Shown in pieces: positions 1-15,039 of a DNA stretch of 64,000 nt; the stretch's first letter is position 1, and each line of letters begins with the position of its first letter. The notes below the pieces were generated by a model. It did no database searches. It saw nothing but the letters and a program-made list of their open reading frames with translations, and had not been told where the DNA came from. The position numbers and the translations under genes are program-made. Source of the stretch: Escherichia coli. GTDB lineage: Bacteria > Pseudomonadota > Gammaproteobacteria > Enterobacterales > Enterobacteriaceae. The DNA lies in assembly GCF_022846255.1 (NCBI RefSeq), contig NZ_AP025682.1; one strand, given 5' to 3'.

Positions 1-12
1 AGGTGGGATTAA

Positions 13-222
13 TTACCAGCGGTAATCATGGCGTTTTTCCCAACTATCAACCTCTTTTTCTGCCTGATCTTTCTGATAACCGTAGCGTTCCTGGATTTTA
101 CCCACTAACTGATCACGTTTTCCTTCAATGATCGTCATATCATCATCGGTCAGTTTGCCCCATTGCTCTTTCACTTTACCTTTAAACTGTTTCCAGTTAC
201 CGCCGGCTTCATCTTTATTCAT
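13..222 (-). CDS. yjbJ: Stress-induced protein YjbJ (CsbD/UPF0337 family), about 69 aa
   Basis: ORF track 13..228; translation MNKDEAGGNWKQFKGKVKEQWGKLTDDDMTIIEGKRDQLVGKIQERYGY matches remembered YjbJ; start set at second Met. Confidence 0.85.
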   Translation of the reverse strand: MNKDEAGGNWKQFKGKVKEQWGKLTDDDMTIIEGKRDQLVGKIQERYGYQKDQAEKEVDSWEKRHDYRW

Positions 223-337
223 AATCAAGACCTCATCGTTAGGTTGTGAATGAGAGTACGTTCACTTTTCTTCTGAACGTGAGATTAAGTGTAGTCAGCA
301 ATTTGGCTTAGGATTATTTATTCAGAATTTTTAACCG

Positions 338-1663
338 TCACGTTGCGACAAACCAGGTATCGTTACGCCAGTGACGCCGCCAGATAGCCGCCAGAGAAAG
401 CCCGCGTAACGCCAGAAAGACGGTTAACGCCAGCCACAAACCATGATTCCCCAGCCACGGCAGCGTAAGGAGCGTCAGCGCAAAACCTGCGGCGGCCACC
501 GCCATACTGTTACGCATTTCGGCGGCACGCGTTGCGCCTATAAACATGCCGTCCAGCAGATAACACCAGACGCCGACCAACGGCAAAATCACCTGCCAGA
601 TAAGATAGCGGTCAGCCAGCTGCTGAATCTGGGTTAACGACGTCAGCAACGCAATGATGTGTTCCCCTGCCAGCAAATAAACCACCGAAAACAGTAACGC
701 TACGATCCCCGACTGGCGGCACGCTGCCCGCCAGACATCCAGCAATTGACTACCGTCGCGCGCACCGTATGCCTGACCGGAATGTGCTTCAACCGCGTAG
801 GCAAAACCATCCAGCGCATAGGCGGTAAAGGTGAGTAGCGTCATCAGAACCGCGTTAACAGCGATAATGTCACTCCCCAGTCGCGCGCCAAGTACGGTGA
901 TCGCGCCGAAACAGAGTTGCAACAACAGCGAGCGCAGCATGATATCGCGGTTAAGCGCCAGCAAGCGACGGAAATTTCCTCGCCAGGCAGTTTTCAGCAT
1001 TTCGCCGGAGATTCCGCGTAGTTTGAGGATTTTACGCACCATTAGCAGACCAATCAGCAATGTTGCATATTCCGCAATAACCGTCGCCAGCGCCGCGCCC
1101 TGCACGTTCATATGCAGCCCCATCACCAGCCAGACATCCAGCACAATGTTGAGGATATTGCCGACCACTAACAAAATTACTGGCGCACGGGCATATTGCA
1201 CGCCGAGTAACCAACCAAGTAATACCAGATTCGCCAGCGACGCCGGTGCGCTTAACCAGCGGATTTCAAGAAAGCGCCGCGCCTGTTCTAGCACCGCTTC
1301 GCTGCCGCCAACAATATGCAGCGCCAGATCGATAATCGGCGTACGCAGCAGCGCAATTAACGCCCCAGCCCCCAACGCCAACAGCAACGGTTGCACCAGC
1401 GCACGGGCTAGTGCCTGAGGATTTTTGGCACCATAAGCCTGCGCAGTCAGCCCGGTGGTGCTCATGCGTAAAAACAGCAACAACATAAAGAGAAAGCTGG
1501 TCGCCGTTGCACCAACCGCCACGCCGCCCAAATAAACCGGACTATCAAGATGACCAATTACCGCCGTATCGACCAGTCCCAGCAACGGAACGGTGATATT
1601 GGAGAAAATCATGGGTAAGGCGAGATGCCAGAGTGCTTTATCAGATGAAGTGAGGAATGCCAT
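338..1663 (-). CDS. dinF: MATE-family efflux protein DinF (SOS-inducible); start codon uncertain
   Basis: ORF track 338..1816; 12-TM MATE-like translation immediately downstream of lexA as in the lexA-dinF operon; start placed at Met of MAFLTSSDKALW, the upstream 51 codons overlap lexA and are probably not coding. Confidence 0.85.
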   Translation of the reverse strand: MAFLTSSDKALWHLALPMIFSNITVPLLGLVDTAVIGHLDSPVYLGGVAVGATATSFLFMLLLFLRMSTTGLTAQAYGAKNPQALARALVQPLLLALGAGALIALLRTPIIDLALHIVGGSEAVLEQARRFLEIRWLSAPASLANLVLLGWLLGVQYARAPVILLVVGNILNIVLDVWLVMGLHMNVQGAALATVIAEYATLLIGLLMVRKILKLRGISGEMLKTAWRGNFRRLLALNRDIMLRSLLLQLCFGAITVLGARLGSDIIAVNAVLMTLLTFTAYALDGFAYAVEAHSGQAYGARDGSQLLDVWRAACRQSGIVALLFSVVYLLAGEHIIALLTSLTQIQQLADRYLIWQVILPLVGVWCYLLDGMFIGATRAAEMRNSMAVAAAGFALTLLTLPWLGNHGLWLALTVFLALRGLSLAAIWRRHWRNDTWFVAT

Positions 1664-1736
1664 GCAGACAAGCCTGATGAAGAGAGATGAAAAAACAAAC
1701 CGCGACGCCAGGCGGCATCGCGGTCTCAGAGATATG

Positions 1737-2345
1737 TTACAGCCAGTCGCCGTTGCGAATAACCCCAACCGCCAGCCCCTCAATGGTGAAGCTCTGCTGA
1801 CGAAGGTCAACGACAATTGGTTTAAACTCGCTGTTTTCTGGCAACAGTTCGACTTTATTGCCCTGTTTTTTCAGGCGTTTAACGGTAACTTCGTCATCAA
1901 TACGTGCGACAACGACCTGACCGTTACGTACATCCTGAGTTTTATGCACTGCCAGCAAATCGCCATCCATAATGCCGATATCTTTCATCGACATCCCGCT
2001 GACGCGCAGCAGGAAATCAGCATTCGGCTTGAACAAGGAAGGATCGACCTGATAATGACCTTCGATATGCTGTTGCGCCAGAAGCGGTTCACCGGCAGCC
2101 ACACGACCTACCAGCGGCAACCCTTCTTCCTCTTCCTGCAATAAACGAATCCCGCGTGATGCGCCGGAAACAATTTCAATAACGCCTTTGCGTGCCAGCG
2201 CCTTCAGATGTTCTTCAGCCGCGTTTGGGGAACGGAACCCCAAACGCTGCGCGATTTCCGCACGCGTCGGCGGCATACCTGTCTGGCTGATGTGATCACG
2301 GATGAGATCAAACACCTCTTGTTGCCTGGCCGTTAACGCTTTCAT
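1737..2345 (-). CDS. lexA: LexA repressor, 202 aa
   Basis: Translation [69 protein letters not shown] with Ser-Lys dyad self-cleavage domain; full-length match to remembered LexA. Confidence 0.97.
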   Translation of the reverse strand: MKALTARQQEVFDLIRDHISQTGMPPTRAEIAQRLGFRSPNAAEEHLKALARKGVIEIVSGASRGIRLLQEEEEGLPLVGRVAAGEPLLAQQHIEGHYQVDPSLFKPNADFLLRVSGMSMKDIGIMDGDLLAVHKTQDVRNGQVVVARIDDEVTVKRLKKQGNKVELLPENSEFKPIVVDLRQQSFTIEGLAVGVIRNGDWL

Positions 2346-2353
2346 TCCGCCCC

Positions 2354-2390
2354 CTGGGTGTATATACAGTTATGCTGTGAGTATATACAG
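2354..2390 (-). promoter_or_regulatory. Two tandem LexA boxes (SOS boxes) in the lexA promoter
   Basis: ctgggtgtatatacag (2354..2369) and ctgtgagtatatacag (2375..2390) fit CTG-N10-CAG with TATATA core, directly upstream of lexA start. Confidence 0.85.
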
Positions 2391-2454
2391 CAAAAGGCGA
2401 TTTTGGAACCATAAACTGCACAATAAACCAGAGATTTATCGAAATCTGGAAGGG

Positions 2455-2823
2455 TTATCCAAAATGCGACCATAACAGGATGCACCAGGTAATCACGGCG
2501 ACGATAATGGCAATCAGCACTGCGGCGGATCCCATATCTTTAGCGCGTCCGGAAAGCTCATGGTATTCAGAGCCAATTCGGTCAACCACAGCTTCGATGG
2601 CGCTATTGAGAATTTCCACAATCATCACCAGCATCACGGAGCTGATAAGCAGCACGCGGGTAATCGCGTCCACATCCAGCCAGCAGGCGATAACCACCGC
2701 TAACAATACCGCTACGCCTTCCTGACGGAATGCCGCTTCGTTGATCCATGCAGCGCGTAAACCTTTCCAGGAATAGCCAGCAGCTTTGATAATTCGGATG
2801 AATCCAGTGGTATTATTGGCCAT
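2455..2823 (-). CDS. dgkA: Diacylglycerol kinase, 122 aa
   Basis: ORF track translation MANNTTGFTRIIKAAGYSWKGLRAAWINEAAFRQE, small 3-TM protein, conserved position between lexA and plsB. Confidence 0.95.
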   Translation of the reverse strand: MANNTTGFIRIIKAAGYSWKGLRAAWINEAAFRQEGVAVLLAVVIACWLDVDAITRVLLISSVMLVMIVEILNSAIEAVVDRIGSEYHELSGRAKDMGSAAVLIAIIVAVITWCILLWSHFG

Positions 2824-2993
2824 TGAAAGAACCTTTTTACATTATGAGCGTCAATATCAGTGTACCGTTAAATCCGATGATTCGGGTTTGCGTAACGCCG
2901 CGCGAAACATGAGCGGATACCACAGAATTTCCCATGACTTTCTGCTATCCTTGCCGCGCATTTGCATTATTAACCAGAGGCTTTACATCGTTT

Positions 2994-5417
2994 ATGTCCG
3001 GCTGGCCACGAATTTACTACAAATTACTGAATTTACCATTAAGCATCCTGGTAAAAAGCAAGTCTATTCCGGCGGATCCTGCCCCGGAACTGGGGCTGGA
3101 TACCTCTCGTCCAATTATGTACGTTTTGCCGTACAACTCGAAAGCTGACTTGCTGACGTTGCGCGCCCAGTGTCTGGCACATGACCTGCCTGACCCGTTA
3201 GAGCCGCTGGAAATCGACGGCACGCTACTGCCGCGCTATGTGTTCATTCACGGCGGGCCGCGTGTGTTCACCTATTACACGCCGAAAGAAGAGTCTATTA
3301 AGCTGTTCCACGACTATCTCGATTTGCACCGCAGCAACCCAAATCTGGATGTGCAGATGGTGCCAGTATCGGTGATGTTTGGTCGCGCGCCGGGGCGTGA
3401 AAAAGGCGAAGTGAACCCGCCGCTGCGTATGCTTAACGGCGTACAGAAATTTTTCGCTGTACTGTGGCTCGGTCGCGACAGTTTTGTGCGTTTCTCGCCG
3501 TCAGTTTCGCTGCGCCGTATGGCGGATGAACACGGCACGGATAAAACTATCGCTCAGAAACTGGCGCGCGTGGCGCGTATGCACTTTGCCCGTCAACGCC
3601 TGGCTGCCGTGGGTCCACGTCTGCCTGCTCGTCAGGATCTGTTTAATAAGCTGCTCGCCTCCCGCGCCATTGCGAAAGCGGTAGAAGATGAAGCGCGCAG
3701 CAAAAAAATCTCCCATGAAAAAGCGCAGCAGAACGCGATTGCGCTGATGGAAGAGATTGCGGCGAATTTCTCTTACGAGATGATCCGCCTGACTGACCGC
3801 ATTCTGGGCTTCACCTGGAACCGACTTTACCAGGGTATCAACGTCCATAACGCCGAGCGCGTTCGCCAGCTGGCCCACGACGGCCATGAGCTAGTGTATG
3901 TGCCTTGCCACCGCAGTCACATGGACTACCTGCTGCTTTCTTACGTGCTGTATCACCAGGGGCTGGTGCCGCCGCATATCGCCGCCGGGATCAACCTGAA
4001 CTTCTGGCCGGCCGGGCCGATTTTCCGCCGTCTGGGGGCGTTCTTTATTCGCCGTACGTTTAAAGGCAATAAACTTTATTCCACCGTTTTCCGTGAGTAT
4101 CTCGGCGAACTGTTCAGCCGTGGTTATTCCGTCGAGTATTTCGTGGAAGGCGGTCGTTCCCGTACGGGGCGTTTGCTGGATCCGAAAACCGGTACGCTAT
4201 CGATGACCATTCAGGCGATGCTGCGTGGCGGCACTCGTCCGATTACGCTGATTCCGATCTATATCGGTTATGAGCACGTCATGGAAGTGGGTACTTACGC
4301 CAAAGAACTGCGCGGTGCGACGAAAGAGAAAGAGAGCCTGCCGCAGATGCTGCGTGGTTTAAGCAAGCTGCGTAATCTCGGTCAGGGGTACGTCAACTTC
4401 GGTGAACCAATGCCGTTGATGACCTACCTTAACCAGCACGTACCAGACTGGCGTGAATCTATCGATCCCATCGAAGCGGTGCGTCCGGCCTGGTTAACGC
4501 CGACGGTCAATAATATTGCTGCCGATCTGATGGTACGCATTAACAACGCAGGCGCGGCAAACGCCATGAACCTGTGCTGTACTGCGCTTCTGGCGTCACG
4601 TCAGCGCTCACTCACCCGCGAGCAGTTAACCGAGCAACTCAACTGCTACCTGGATCTGATGCGCAACGTGCCTTACTCCACGGACTCTACCGTTCCTTCA
4701 GCCAGCGCCAGCGAGCTTATCGATCACGCGCTGCAAATGAACAAGTTTGAAGTCGAGAAAGACACTATCGGCGACATCATCATTCTGCCGCGCGAGCAAG
4801 CGGTGCTGATGACCTACTATCGCAACAACATTGCGCATATGTTGGTGCTGCCTTCTCTGATGGCGGCAATTGTCACCCAGCATCGCCACATCTCCCGCGA
4901 CGTATTGATGGAGCACGTCAATGTGCTTTACCCAATGCTGAAAGCGGAACTGTTCTTGCGCTGGGATCGCGACGAGTTACCGGACGTTATTGATGCGCTG
5001 GCAAATGAGATGCAACGTCAGGGGCTGATTACCCTGCAAGATGATGAGTTGCATATCAACCCGGCGCATTCTCGCACGCTACAGCTGCTGGCCGCAGGCG
5101 CGCGCGAAACGCTGCAACGTTATGCCATCACCTTCTGGCTGTTGAGTGCCAACCCGTCGATCAACCGCGGTACGCTGGAGAAAGAGAGCCGCACCGTCGC
5201 GCAACGTCTCTCCGTGCTGCACGGTATCAACGCGCCGGAGTTCTTCGACAAGGCGGTGTTCAGTTCTCTGGTGCTGACACTGCGTGATGAAGGGTATATC
5301 AGCGATAGCGGCGACGCCGAACCGGCAGAAACGATGAAGGTGTATCAGTTGCTGGCGGAGTTGATTACATCAGACGTGCGTTTGACGATTGAGAGTGCGA
5401 CGCAGGGCGAAGGGTAA
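2994..5417 (+). CDS. plsB: Glycerol-3-phosphate acyltransferase PlsB, 807 aa
   Basis: ORF track 2934..5417; start moved to ATG at 2994 ([29 protein letters not shown]); HXXXXD acyltransferase motif region ([17 protein letters not shown]) present. Confidence 0.95.
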
Positions 5418-5429
5418 TCAGTGAGAATT

Positions 5430-5527
5430 GCCGGATGCGACGCAAACGCCTTATTCGGCCTACCATGATCTGCAAATTCAATAAATTGCGATATGTTGTA
5501 GGCCTGAGAAGCGCAGCGCATCAGGCA
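5430..5527. repeat. REP/BIME palindromic units in plsB-ubiA spacer
   Basis: gccggatgcgacgcaaacgccttattcggcctac and gtaggcctgagaagcgcagcgcatcaggca match REP consensus (GCCGGATGCGGCG...CTTATCCGGCCTAC). Confidence 0.7.
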
Positions 5528-5537
5528 ACCCAGAAGA

Positions 5538-5566
5538 AAGCCGGATGATCATCCGGCTTTTTTACA
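5538..5566 (+). terminator. Rho-independent terminator (hairpin aaagccggatgatcatccggc followed by T-run)
   Basis: Perfect GC-rich palindrome followed by tttttt downstream of plsB; could also act on the convergent ubiCA transcript. Confidence 0.6.
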
Positions 5567-5569
5567 TCA

Positions 5570-6442
5570 TCAGAAATGCCAGTAACTCATTGCCAGCCCT
5601 AAAAACAGTACCAGACCAACATAGTTATTATTCATAAATGCTTTAAAGCAGGCTTCACGCTCGCGGTTGGCAATCAGTTTTTGTTGATAAACAAACAGCG
5701 CGCCAGCTACCAGAATTGACCAGTAATATCCCCAGCCTAAGCCATTTAACTCACCGATGATCGCCATCAGCGCTAGTACGCCAATCTGCAAAATACCAAT
5801 AATCAATTTATCGTATTGGCCGAACAGGATTGCGGTGGATTTAATGCCAATCTTCACATCATCATCGCGGTCAACCATCGCATACTGCGTGTCGTAAGCC
5901 ACCGCCCAGAGAATATTGGCGAGGAACATTAACCAGCAACTCAATGGCACCGACTCACTCACAGCGGCAAAAGCCATTGGAATCGACCAGCCAAACGCCG
6001 CGCCCAGCACCACTTGCGGTAGATGGGTATACCGCTTCATAAACGGGTACACCCACGCCAGCGCCAGCGCGGCAATCGACAACAGAATAGTCATCGTATT
6101 CAGCGTCAGCACCAGTAAAAATGAAATCAGTACCAGCACTACAAACAGCGCGCGCGCCTCTTTCTCCGTTACCGCGCCGCTGGGAAGTGGTCGGTTCGCC
6201 GTGCGCTTAACATGACCATCAAACTTGCGGTCAGCATAATCATTCACCACGCAACCAGCAGCGCGCATCAGCCAGACGCCCGCGACAAACACCGCCAGGA
6301 TCCAGAGCTGGGGAACGCCCGGTGTCGCCACCCACAACGCCCATAATGTTGGCCAGAGCAGCAGTAACGCGCCAATTGGCTTATCCGTACGCATTAAGCG
6401 ATGAAACGCCAGCAGCTTATTCTGCGTCAGACTCCACTCCAT
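5570..6442 (-). CDS. ubiA: 4-hydroxybenzoate octaprenyltransferase UbiA, 290 aa
   Basis: Translation [37 protein letters not shown] with NDxxDxxxD prenyltransferase motif ([11 protein letters not shown]); multi-TM. Confidence 0.95.
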
Positions 6443-6454
6443 ATTTTTTTCCTC

Positions 6455-6952
6455 TTAGTACAACGGTGACGCCGGTAAAAACAGTTCTGTTAGCAACAGC
6501 GGTTTACCGCTTAATCGCAGGCGGGAACGTCGCCCCCACAGTCCGGCATCACGGCCTATCTCAATAAAGTCCCGGGTTAATGTCGATGATGTGAACAGAT
6601 AGCGTCCTAACGGCGTTTTACCTAATTTTTGTAACGCCAGCTCCGGCCCGCTTAACGTTGACACAGGAACGACGGTACGACCGGCAAGCCACGGTTCACC
6701 ATCGGCACATAACAAAATTTCACGTAACCAGTAACGAGACTCTTTCGGCAGCAGTGGCAGTTCTTCGGGGATTTCATTCTGCTCGACAAACCCTTCGCGG
6801 ATCATCGTCACGCTCACCGTTTTTCCCTGCTGTTCAAAACGTTTTGTCATGGAATCTTCCAGCAACAGCCAGTCGAGCAGTTGCGGCTCCAGGGCAGGGA
6901 TCTCTGTAAAATAGCGCAGCGCACGCAGTTGCGTTAACGCGGGGTGTGACAT
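6455..6952 (-). CDS. ubiC: Chorismate pyruvate-lyase UbiC, 165 aa
   Basis: ORF track 6455..7057; start moved to [44 protein letters not shown]; ubiC-ubiA operon arrangement. Confidence 0.9.
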   Translation of the reverse strand: MSHPALTQLRALRYFTEIPALEPQLLDWLLLEDSMTKRFEQQGKTVSVTMIREGFVEQNEIPEELPLLPKESRYWLREILLCADGEPWLAGRTVVPVSTLSGPELALQKLGKTPLGRYLFTSSTLTRDFIEIGRDAGLWGRRSRLRLSGKPLLLTELFLPASPLY

Positions 6953-7130
6953 GCCGAACTCTCCGTTACATAACGTAAAGGCATTGTATCGCAGAAAAAT
7001 ATTTACGGGAGATGTAAAGCAAATTAAGTGAACTAATGCGCAACAAAAACGCAACAATAGTACAGGAGGAGAAAAAAAGGTGCGCCAGGAGACGCACCAG
7101 TTGTTGCAAAATCAGCACTGTGGGGCGTAA

Positions 7131-8051
7131 TTACCCCTTGCCTTTTACACTGCTGATAAAGGTGGAACGGGCAGATGTCGACCCCAGGCGTTCAGCTTCA
7201 TCAAGCAGTTTTAACGCCTTATCAACATCACCTTTCGCGACAGCGTTTTTGATCGCGGTATTAAAATAACTTTCCGTGTCGTTGAGCATCGGCTCGCTTT
7301 TCTTCACCGGTGCCGGAGCGGGTGCAGCCACAGCTGGTGCCGCCGTGTTGCCTACCGTAACCGGAGCTGGAGCGGAAGAACCAAATAGTGGTCCTACCAA
7401 CACGCTGGAGCTGGAGTTCGTTTTCACTTTCAGTTTCAGTAAGCCATCGGTGGTATGACGAGCAACCGGATCGGGAATATCCGGGATCGAGTTACCGACG
7501 CCTTTGGCATAGGCTTTAGCCGGGTCGAGCAGTTGAGTCGTCTGCTGGAGATCTTTTTCCGTGGTAAAGACCAGAACATAAAGTTTTTGCTGCCCCAACG
7601 CCGGTGTCAGGCGCATAACGCCTTCCAGCCGATCTGCACTCATCACGCCGGGTTCCTGGTAGGTGAAATAACTGCTGGGGAAGAAGGCTGATGGGGTCAT
7701 GTTCTGATCAAGAATCAGCACATTCGGCGCAAATACGCTGGTTTGTTTGTTCACTTCGCTGGTCAGCGTCAGTGTCAGTTCACCAATGTTTGCCGGGACG
7801 CTGTACGCAGCAACCGGACCACTGATGCCAGGGACATTCAGTTGTTGGCCGCCGGTCGACAGTTGAGTAGTCTGGGTTTTAGATTGATCGACCGGTGTCC
7901 AGGTGAGTTGTTGCAGCGCGGCAGATGGAATGGCTGGCGCGTCGCTGGTGTTTTGCGGTACGTAGTTAACATCGGCAAGGCTGATTCCAGGTGCGCTTGC
8001 CAGCAACCCTGCTGATAAACAGAGAGCGATGAGACTTTTATTCATTTTCAT
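7131..8051 (-). CDS. malM: Maltose operon periplasmic protein MalM, about 306 aa
   Basis: ORF track 7131..8060; signal peptide MKMNKSLIALCLSAGLLASAPGISLA; last gene of malK-lamB-malM operon. Confidence 0.9.
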   Translation of the reverse strand: MKMNKSLIALCLSAGLLASAPGISLADVNYVPQNTSDAPAIPSAALQQLTWTPVDQSKTQTTQLSTGGQQLNVPGISGPVAAYSVPANIGELTLTLTSEVNKQTSVFAPNVLILDQNMTPSAFFPSSYFTYQEPGVMSADRLEGVMRLTPALGQQKLYVLVFTTEKDLQQTTQLLDPAKAYAKGVGNSIPDIPDPVARHTTDGLLKLKVKTNSSSSVLVGPLFGSSAPAPVTVGNTAAPAVAAPAPAPVKKSEPMLNDTESYFNTAIKNAVAKGDVDKALKLLDEAERLGSTSARSTFISSVKGKG

Positions 8052-8146
8052 TGTTTTCACCTCAAAATCTGGAGCTCAGCGGTAGCCAGGCAATAGCGCG
8101 CTAAACCCGATAATCAGAGGGGCTTTCGCCCCTTAAAGCTGTTTTT

Positions 8147-8272
<126 letters not shown>

Positions 8273-8282
8273 GGTTTTGCTA

Positions 8283-9653
<1,371 letters not shown>

Positions 9654-9694
9654 TCACATCACCTGTGACAGGCTTTGTGTGTTTTGTGGGGTGC

Positions 9695-10810
9695 TTAAAC
9701 GCCCGGCTCCTTATGCAGTCGACGACATGCAGTGCCATCCTCACGGAACAGATGGCAACGCTCTGGCGGCAGGCCGATAGCGAATGTGGCACCTTCTTCT
9801 ACCAACACCACGTCGTTCTGGCGGTACACCAGGTTTTGACGAATGGAAGGGATCTGGATATGGATTTGGGTTTCGTTGCCGAGTTGCTCGACGACCTGAA
9901 CTTCACCCTCAAGGATGACGTCAGCGATATCACTCGGCAGTAGATGTTCCGGGCGAATACCCAGCGACATATTGGCTCCAACCTGGACATCACGGCTTTC
10001 AACCGGCAGCCAGACTTGCTGACGATTCGGCATCGGCAGCTCCACCTGCACTTGATCGATTGCGGTGGCGGTCACTTTTACTGGCAGGAAGTTCATCTTT
10101 GGAGAACCGATAAATCCGGCGACAAAACGGTCTGCCGGATAGTGATACAGCTCCAGCGGTTTCCCAACCTGCGCCACGCGACCAGCGTCCAGCACCACGA
10201 TTTTGTCGGCCAGCGTCATCGCTTCGACCTGATCGTGGGTGACGTAAATCATTGTGCGGCCCAGGCGTTTATGCAGACGGGAGATTTCGATACGCATTTG
10301 CACACGCAGTGCAGCATCGAGGTTGGAGAGCGGTTCATCGAGCAAAAATACGCTTGGCTCGGCCACCAGCGTACGGCCAATCGCCACACGCTGACGCTGA
10401 CCACCGGAGAGCGCTTTCGGTTTGCGATCCAGCAAATGCGCCAGTTGCAGCACTTCCGCAACCTGGTTAACTCGCTGGTTAATCACTTCTTTTTTCGCAC
10501 CAGCCAGTTTCAGGCCAAATGACATGTTTTCTGCTACTGACAGGTGGGGATAGAGCGCGTAAGACTGAAACACCATACCAACGCCGCGTTCTGCAGGCGG
10601 AGTGTCATTCATCCGCTTCTCACCGATGAACAGGTCGCCGCTGGTGATCGTCTCAAGCCCGGCAATCATGCGCAGTAAAGTCGATTTACCGCAGCCAGAC
10701 GGTCCGACAAACACCACGAATTCACCTTCATGGATATCGAGATTGATATCTTTCGATACCACGACCTCGCCCCAGGCTTTCGTTACATTTTGCAGCTGTA
10801 CGCTCGCCAT
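9695..10810 (-). CDS. malK: Maltose/maltodextrin ABC transporter ATPase MalK, 371 aa
   Basis: ORF track 9695..10900; start moved to ATG at 10810 ([21 protein letters not shown]); Walker [10 protein letters not shown], signature LSGGQRQR. Confidence 0.95.
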   Translation of the reverse strand: MASVQLQNVTKAWGEVVVSKDINLDIHEGEFVVFVGPSGCGKSTLLRMIAGLETITSGDLFIGEKRMNDTPPAERGVGMVFQSYALYPHLSVAENMSFGLKLAGAKKEVINQRVNQVAEVLQLAHLLDRKPKALSGGQRQRVAIGRTLVAEPSVFLLDEPLSNLDAALRVQMRIEISRLHKRLGRTMIYVTHDQVEAMTLADKIVVLDAGRVAQVGKPLELYHYPADRFVAGFIGSPKMNFLPVKVTATAIDQVQVELPMPNRQQVWLPVESRDVQVGANMSLGIRPEHLLPSDIADVILEGEVQVVEQLGNETQIHIQIPSIRQNLVYRQNDVVLVEEGATFAIGLPPERCHLFREDGTACRRLHKEPGV

Positions 10811-12365
<1,555 letters not shown>

Positions 12366-12374
12366 TGCTGTGAA

Positions 12375-12500
12375 ATGCCGGATGCGGCGTGAACGCCTTA
12401 TCCGGCCTACGAAATTGAAACGTATGTAGGCCTGATAAGACGCGTCAGCGTCGCATCAGGCAGTTGTTGTCGGATAAGGTATGAAAGCCTTATCCGTCCT
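12375..12500. repeat. REP/BIME cluster in malE-malF spacer
   Basis: tgccggatgcggcgtgaacgccttatccggcctac / gtaggcctgataagacgcgtcagcgtcgcatcaggca / tgtcggataaggtatgaaagccttatccgtcc. Confidence 0.8.
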
Positions 12501-12518
12501 GGAATGAGGAAGAACCCC

Positions 12519-14063
12519 ATGGATGTCATTAAAAAGAAACATTGGTGGCAAAGCGACGCGCTGAAATGGTCAGTGTTAGGTCTGCTCGGCCTGCTGGTGG
12601 GTTACCTTGTTGTTTTAATGTACGCACAAGGGGAATACCTGTTCGCCATTACCACGCTGATATTGAGTTCAGCGGGGCTGTATATTTTCGCCAATCGTAA
12701 AGCCTACGCCTGGCGCTATGTTTACCCGGGAATGGCTGGAATGGGATTATTCGTCCTCTTCCCTTTGGTCTGCACCATCGCCATTGCCTTTACCAACTAC
12801 AGCAGCACTAACCAGCTGACTTTTGAACGTGCGCAGGAAGTGTTGTTAGATCGCTCCTGGCAAGCAGGCAAAACCTATAATTTTGGTCTTTACCCGGCGG
12901 GCGATGAGTGGCAACTGGCGCTCAGCGACGGCGAAACCGGCAAAAATTACCTCTCCGACGCGTTTAAATTTGGCGGCGAGCAAAAACTGCAACTGAAAGA
13001 AACGACCGCCCAGCCCGAAGGCGAACGCGCGAATCTGCGCGTGATTACCCAGAATCGTCAGGCACTGAGTGACATTACCGCCATTCTGCCAGATGGCAAC
13101 AAAGTGATGATGAGCTCCCTGCGCCAGTTTTCTGGCACGCAGCCGCTCTACACACTCGACGGTGACGGCACGCTGACCAATAATCAGAGTGGCGTAAAAT
13201 ATCGTCCAAACGACCAGATTGGTTTTTACCAGTCCATCACTGCTGACGGCAACTGGGGTGATGAAAAGCTAAGCCCCGGTTACACCGTGACCACCGGCTG
13301 GAAAAACTTTACCCGCGTCTTTACCGACGAAGGCATTCAGAAACCGTTCCTCGCCATTTTCGTCTGGACCGTGGTGTTCTCGCTGATCACTGTCTTTTTA
13401 ACGGTGGCGGTCGGCATGGTTCTGGCGTGTCTGGTGCAGTGGGAAGCGTTGCGCGGCAAAGCGGTCTATCGCGTCCTGCTTATTCTGCCCTACGCGGTGC
13501 CATCGTTCATTTCAATCTTGATTTTCAAAGGGTTGTTTAACCAGAGCTTCGGTGAGATCAACATGATGTTGAGCGCGCTGTTTGGCGTGAAGCCCGCCTG
13601 GTTCAGCGATCCGACCACCGCCCGCACGATGCTGATTATCGTCAACACCTGGCTGGGTTATCCGTACATGATGATCCTCTGCATGGGCTTGCTGAAAGCG
13701 ATTCCGGACGATTTGTATGAAGCCTCAGCAATGGATGGTGCAGGTCCATTCCAGAACTTCTTTAAGATTACGCTGCCGCTGCTGATTAAACCGCTGACGC
13801 CGCTGATGATCGCCAGCTTTGCCTTTAACTTTAACAACTTCGTGCTGATTCAACTGTTAACCAACGGCGGCCCGGATCGTCTTGGCACGACCACGCCAGC
13901 CGGTTATACCGACCTGCTTGTTAACTACACCTACCGTATCGCTTTTGAAGGCGGCGGGGGTCAGGACTTCGGTCTGGCAGCAGCAATTGCCACGCTGATC
14001 TTCCTGCTGGTGGGCGCGCTGGCGATAGTGAACCTGAAAGCCACGCGAATGAAGTTTGATTAA
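12519..14063 (+). CDS. malF: Maltose ABC transporter permease MalF, 514 aa
   Basis: ORF track 12504..14063; start at [26 protein letters not shown]; large periplasmic loop and EAA-type permease motif. Confidence 0.95.
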   Translation: MDVIKKKHWWQSDALKWSVLGLLGLLVGYLVVLMYAQGEYLFAITTLILSSAGLYIFANRKAYAWRYVYPGMAGMGLFVLFPLVCTIAIAFTNYSSTNQLTFERAQEVLLDRSWQAGKTYNFGLYPAGDEWQLALSDGETGKNYLSDAFKFGGEQKLQLKETTAQPEGERANLRVITQNRQALSDITAILPDGNKVMMSSLRQFSGTQPLYTLDGDGTLTNNQSGVKYRPNDQIGFYQSITADGNWGDEKLSPGYTVTTGWKNFTRVFTDEGIQKPFLAIFVWTVVFSLITVFLTVAVGMVLACLVQWEALRGKAVYRVLLILPYAVPSFISILIFKGLFNQSFGEINMMLSALFGVKPAWFSDPTTARTMLIIVNTWLGYPYMMILCMGLLKAIPDDLYEASAMDGAGPFQNFFKITLPLLIKPLTPLMIASFAFNFNNFVLIQLLTNGGPDRLGTTTPAGYTDLLVNYTYRIAFEGGGGQDFGLAAAIATLIFLLVGALAIVNLKATRMKFD

Positions 14064-14077
14064 GGGAGATAACAAAA

Positions 14078-14968
14078 ATGGCAATGGTCCAACCGAAATC
14101 GCAAAAAACACGTTTGTTTATTACTCACCTGCTACTGCTACTTTTTATCGCGGCGATTATGTTCCCGCTACTGATGGTCGTCGCTATCTCACTGCGCCAG
14201 GGGAACTTTGCGACCGGCAGCCTGATCCCGGAGCAAATCTCCTGGGATCACTGGAAACTGGCATTAGGTTTTAGCGTGGAACAGGCTGATGGTCGCGTTA
14301 CACCGCCGCCGTTTCCGGTACTGCTATGGCTGTGGAACTCGGTAAAGGTCGCCGGGATTTCCGCGATTGGCATTGTGGCGCTCTCCACCACCTGCGCCTA
14401 CGCTTTCGCCCGTATGCGCTTTCCAGGCAAAGCGACGCTGCTGAAAGGAATGCTGATTTTCCAGATGTTCCCGGCAGTACTTTCACTGGTCGCGTTGTAT
14501 GCGTTGTTTGATCGTCTGGGTGAGTACATTCCATTCATTGGCCTGAATACTCACGGCGGCGTAATTTTCGCGTATCTGGGTGGGATTGCGCTGCATGTCT
14601 GGACCATCAAAGGCTATTTCGAAACCATCGATAGTTCGCTGGAAGAAGCGGCTGCGCTGGATGGTGCGACACCGTGGCAGGCCTTCCGCCTTGTCCTGTT
14701 GCCGCTGTCAGTACCGATTCTGGCGGTGGTGTTCATCCTGTCGTTTATCGCTGCTATTACTGAAGTTCCGGTCGCATCGCTGTTACTGCGTGACGTAAAC
14801 AGCTACACCCTGGCCGTGGGGATGCAGCAATACCTCAACCCGCAAAACTACCTGTGGGGTGACTTTGCCGCTGCTGCCGTGATGTCTGCATTACCGATCA
14901 CCATCGTCTTCTTGCTGGCTCAACGCTGGCTGGTCAACGGCCTGACGGCAGGTGGTGTGAAAGGTTAA
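14078..14968 (+). CDS. malG: Maltose ABC transporter permease MalG, 296 aa
   Basis: Translation [60 protein letters not shown]; EAA motif region [21 protein letters not shown]. Confidence 0.95.
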   Translation: MAMVQPKSQKTRLFITHLLLLLFIAAIMFPLLMVVAISLRQGNFATGSLIPEQISWDHWKLALGFSVEQADGRVTPPPFPVLLWLWNSVKVAGISAIGIVALSTTCAYAFARMRFPGKATLLKGMLIFQMFPAVLSLVALYALFDRLGEYIPFIGLNTHGGVIFAYLGGIALHVWTIKGYFETIDSSLEEAAALDGATPWQAFRLVLLPLSVPILAVVFILSFIAAITEVPVASLLLRDVNSYTLAVGMQQYLNPQNYLWGDFAAAAVMSALPITIVFLLAQRWLVNGLTAGGVKG

Positions 14969-15039
14969 AGATGTTGTTCTGCCAATGTTATGCCGCTGCA
15001 CCCTCAACTTACGTTATCCCAACTTGTGACTGTTATTCG

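Noticed and set aside
831-1418. 195-aa ORF on plus strand
   Set aside because: Lies entirely antisense within dinF; Ser/Arg/Ala-rich low-complexity translation typical of antisense frames in GC-rich coding DNA
1664-1816. 51-codon N-terminal extension of the dinF ORF
   Set aside because: Overlaps the lexA 3' end; the MATE-family hydrophobic core starts at MAFLTSSDK, so the extension is most likely non-coding read-through of the frame
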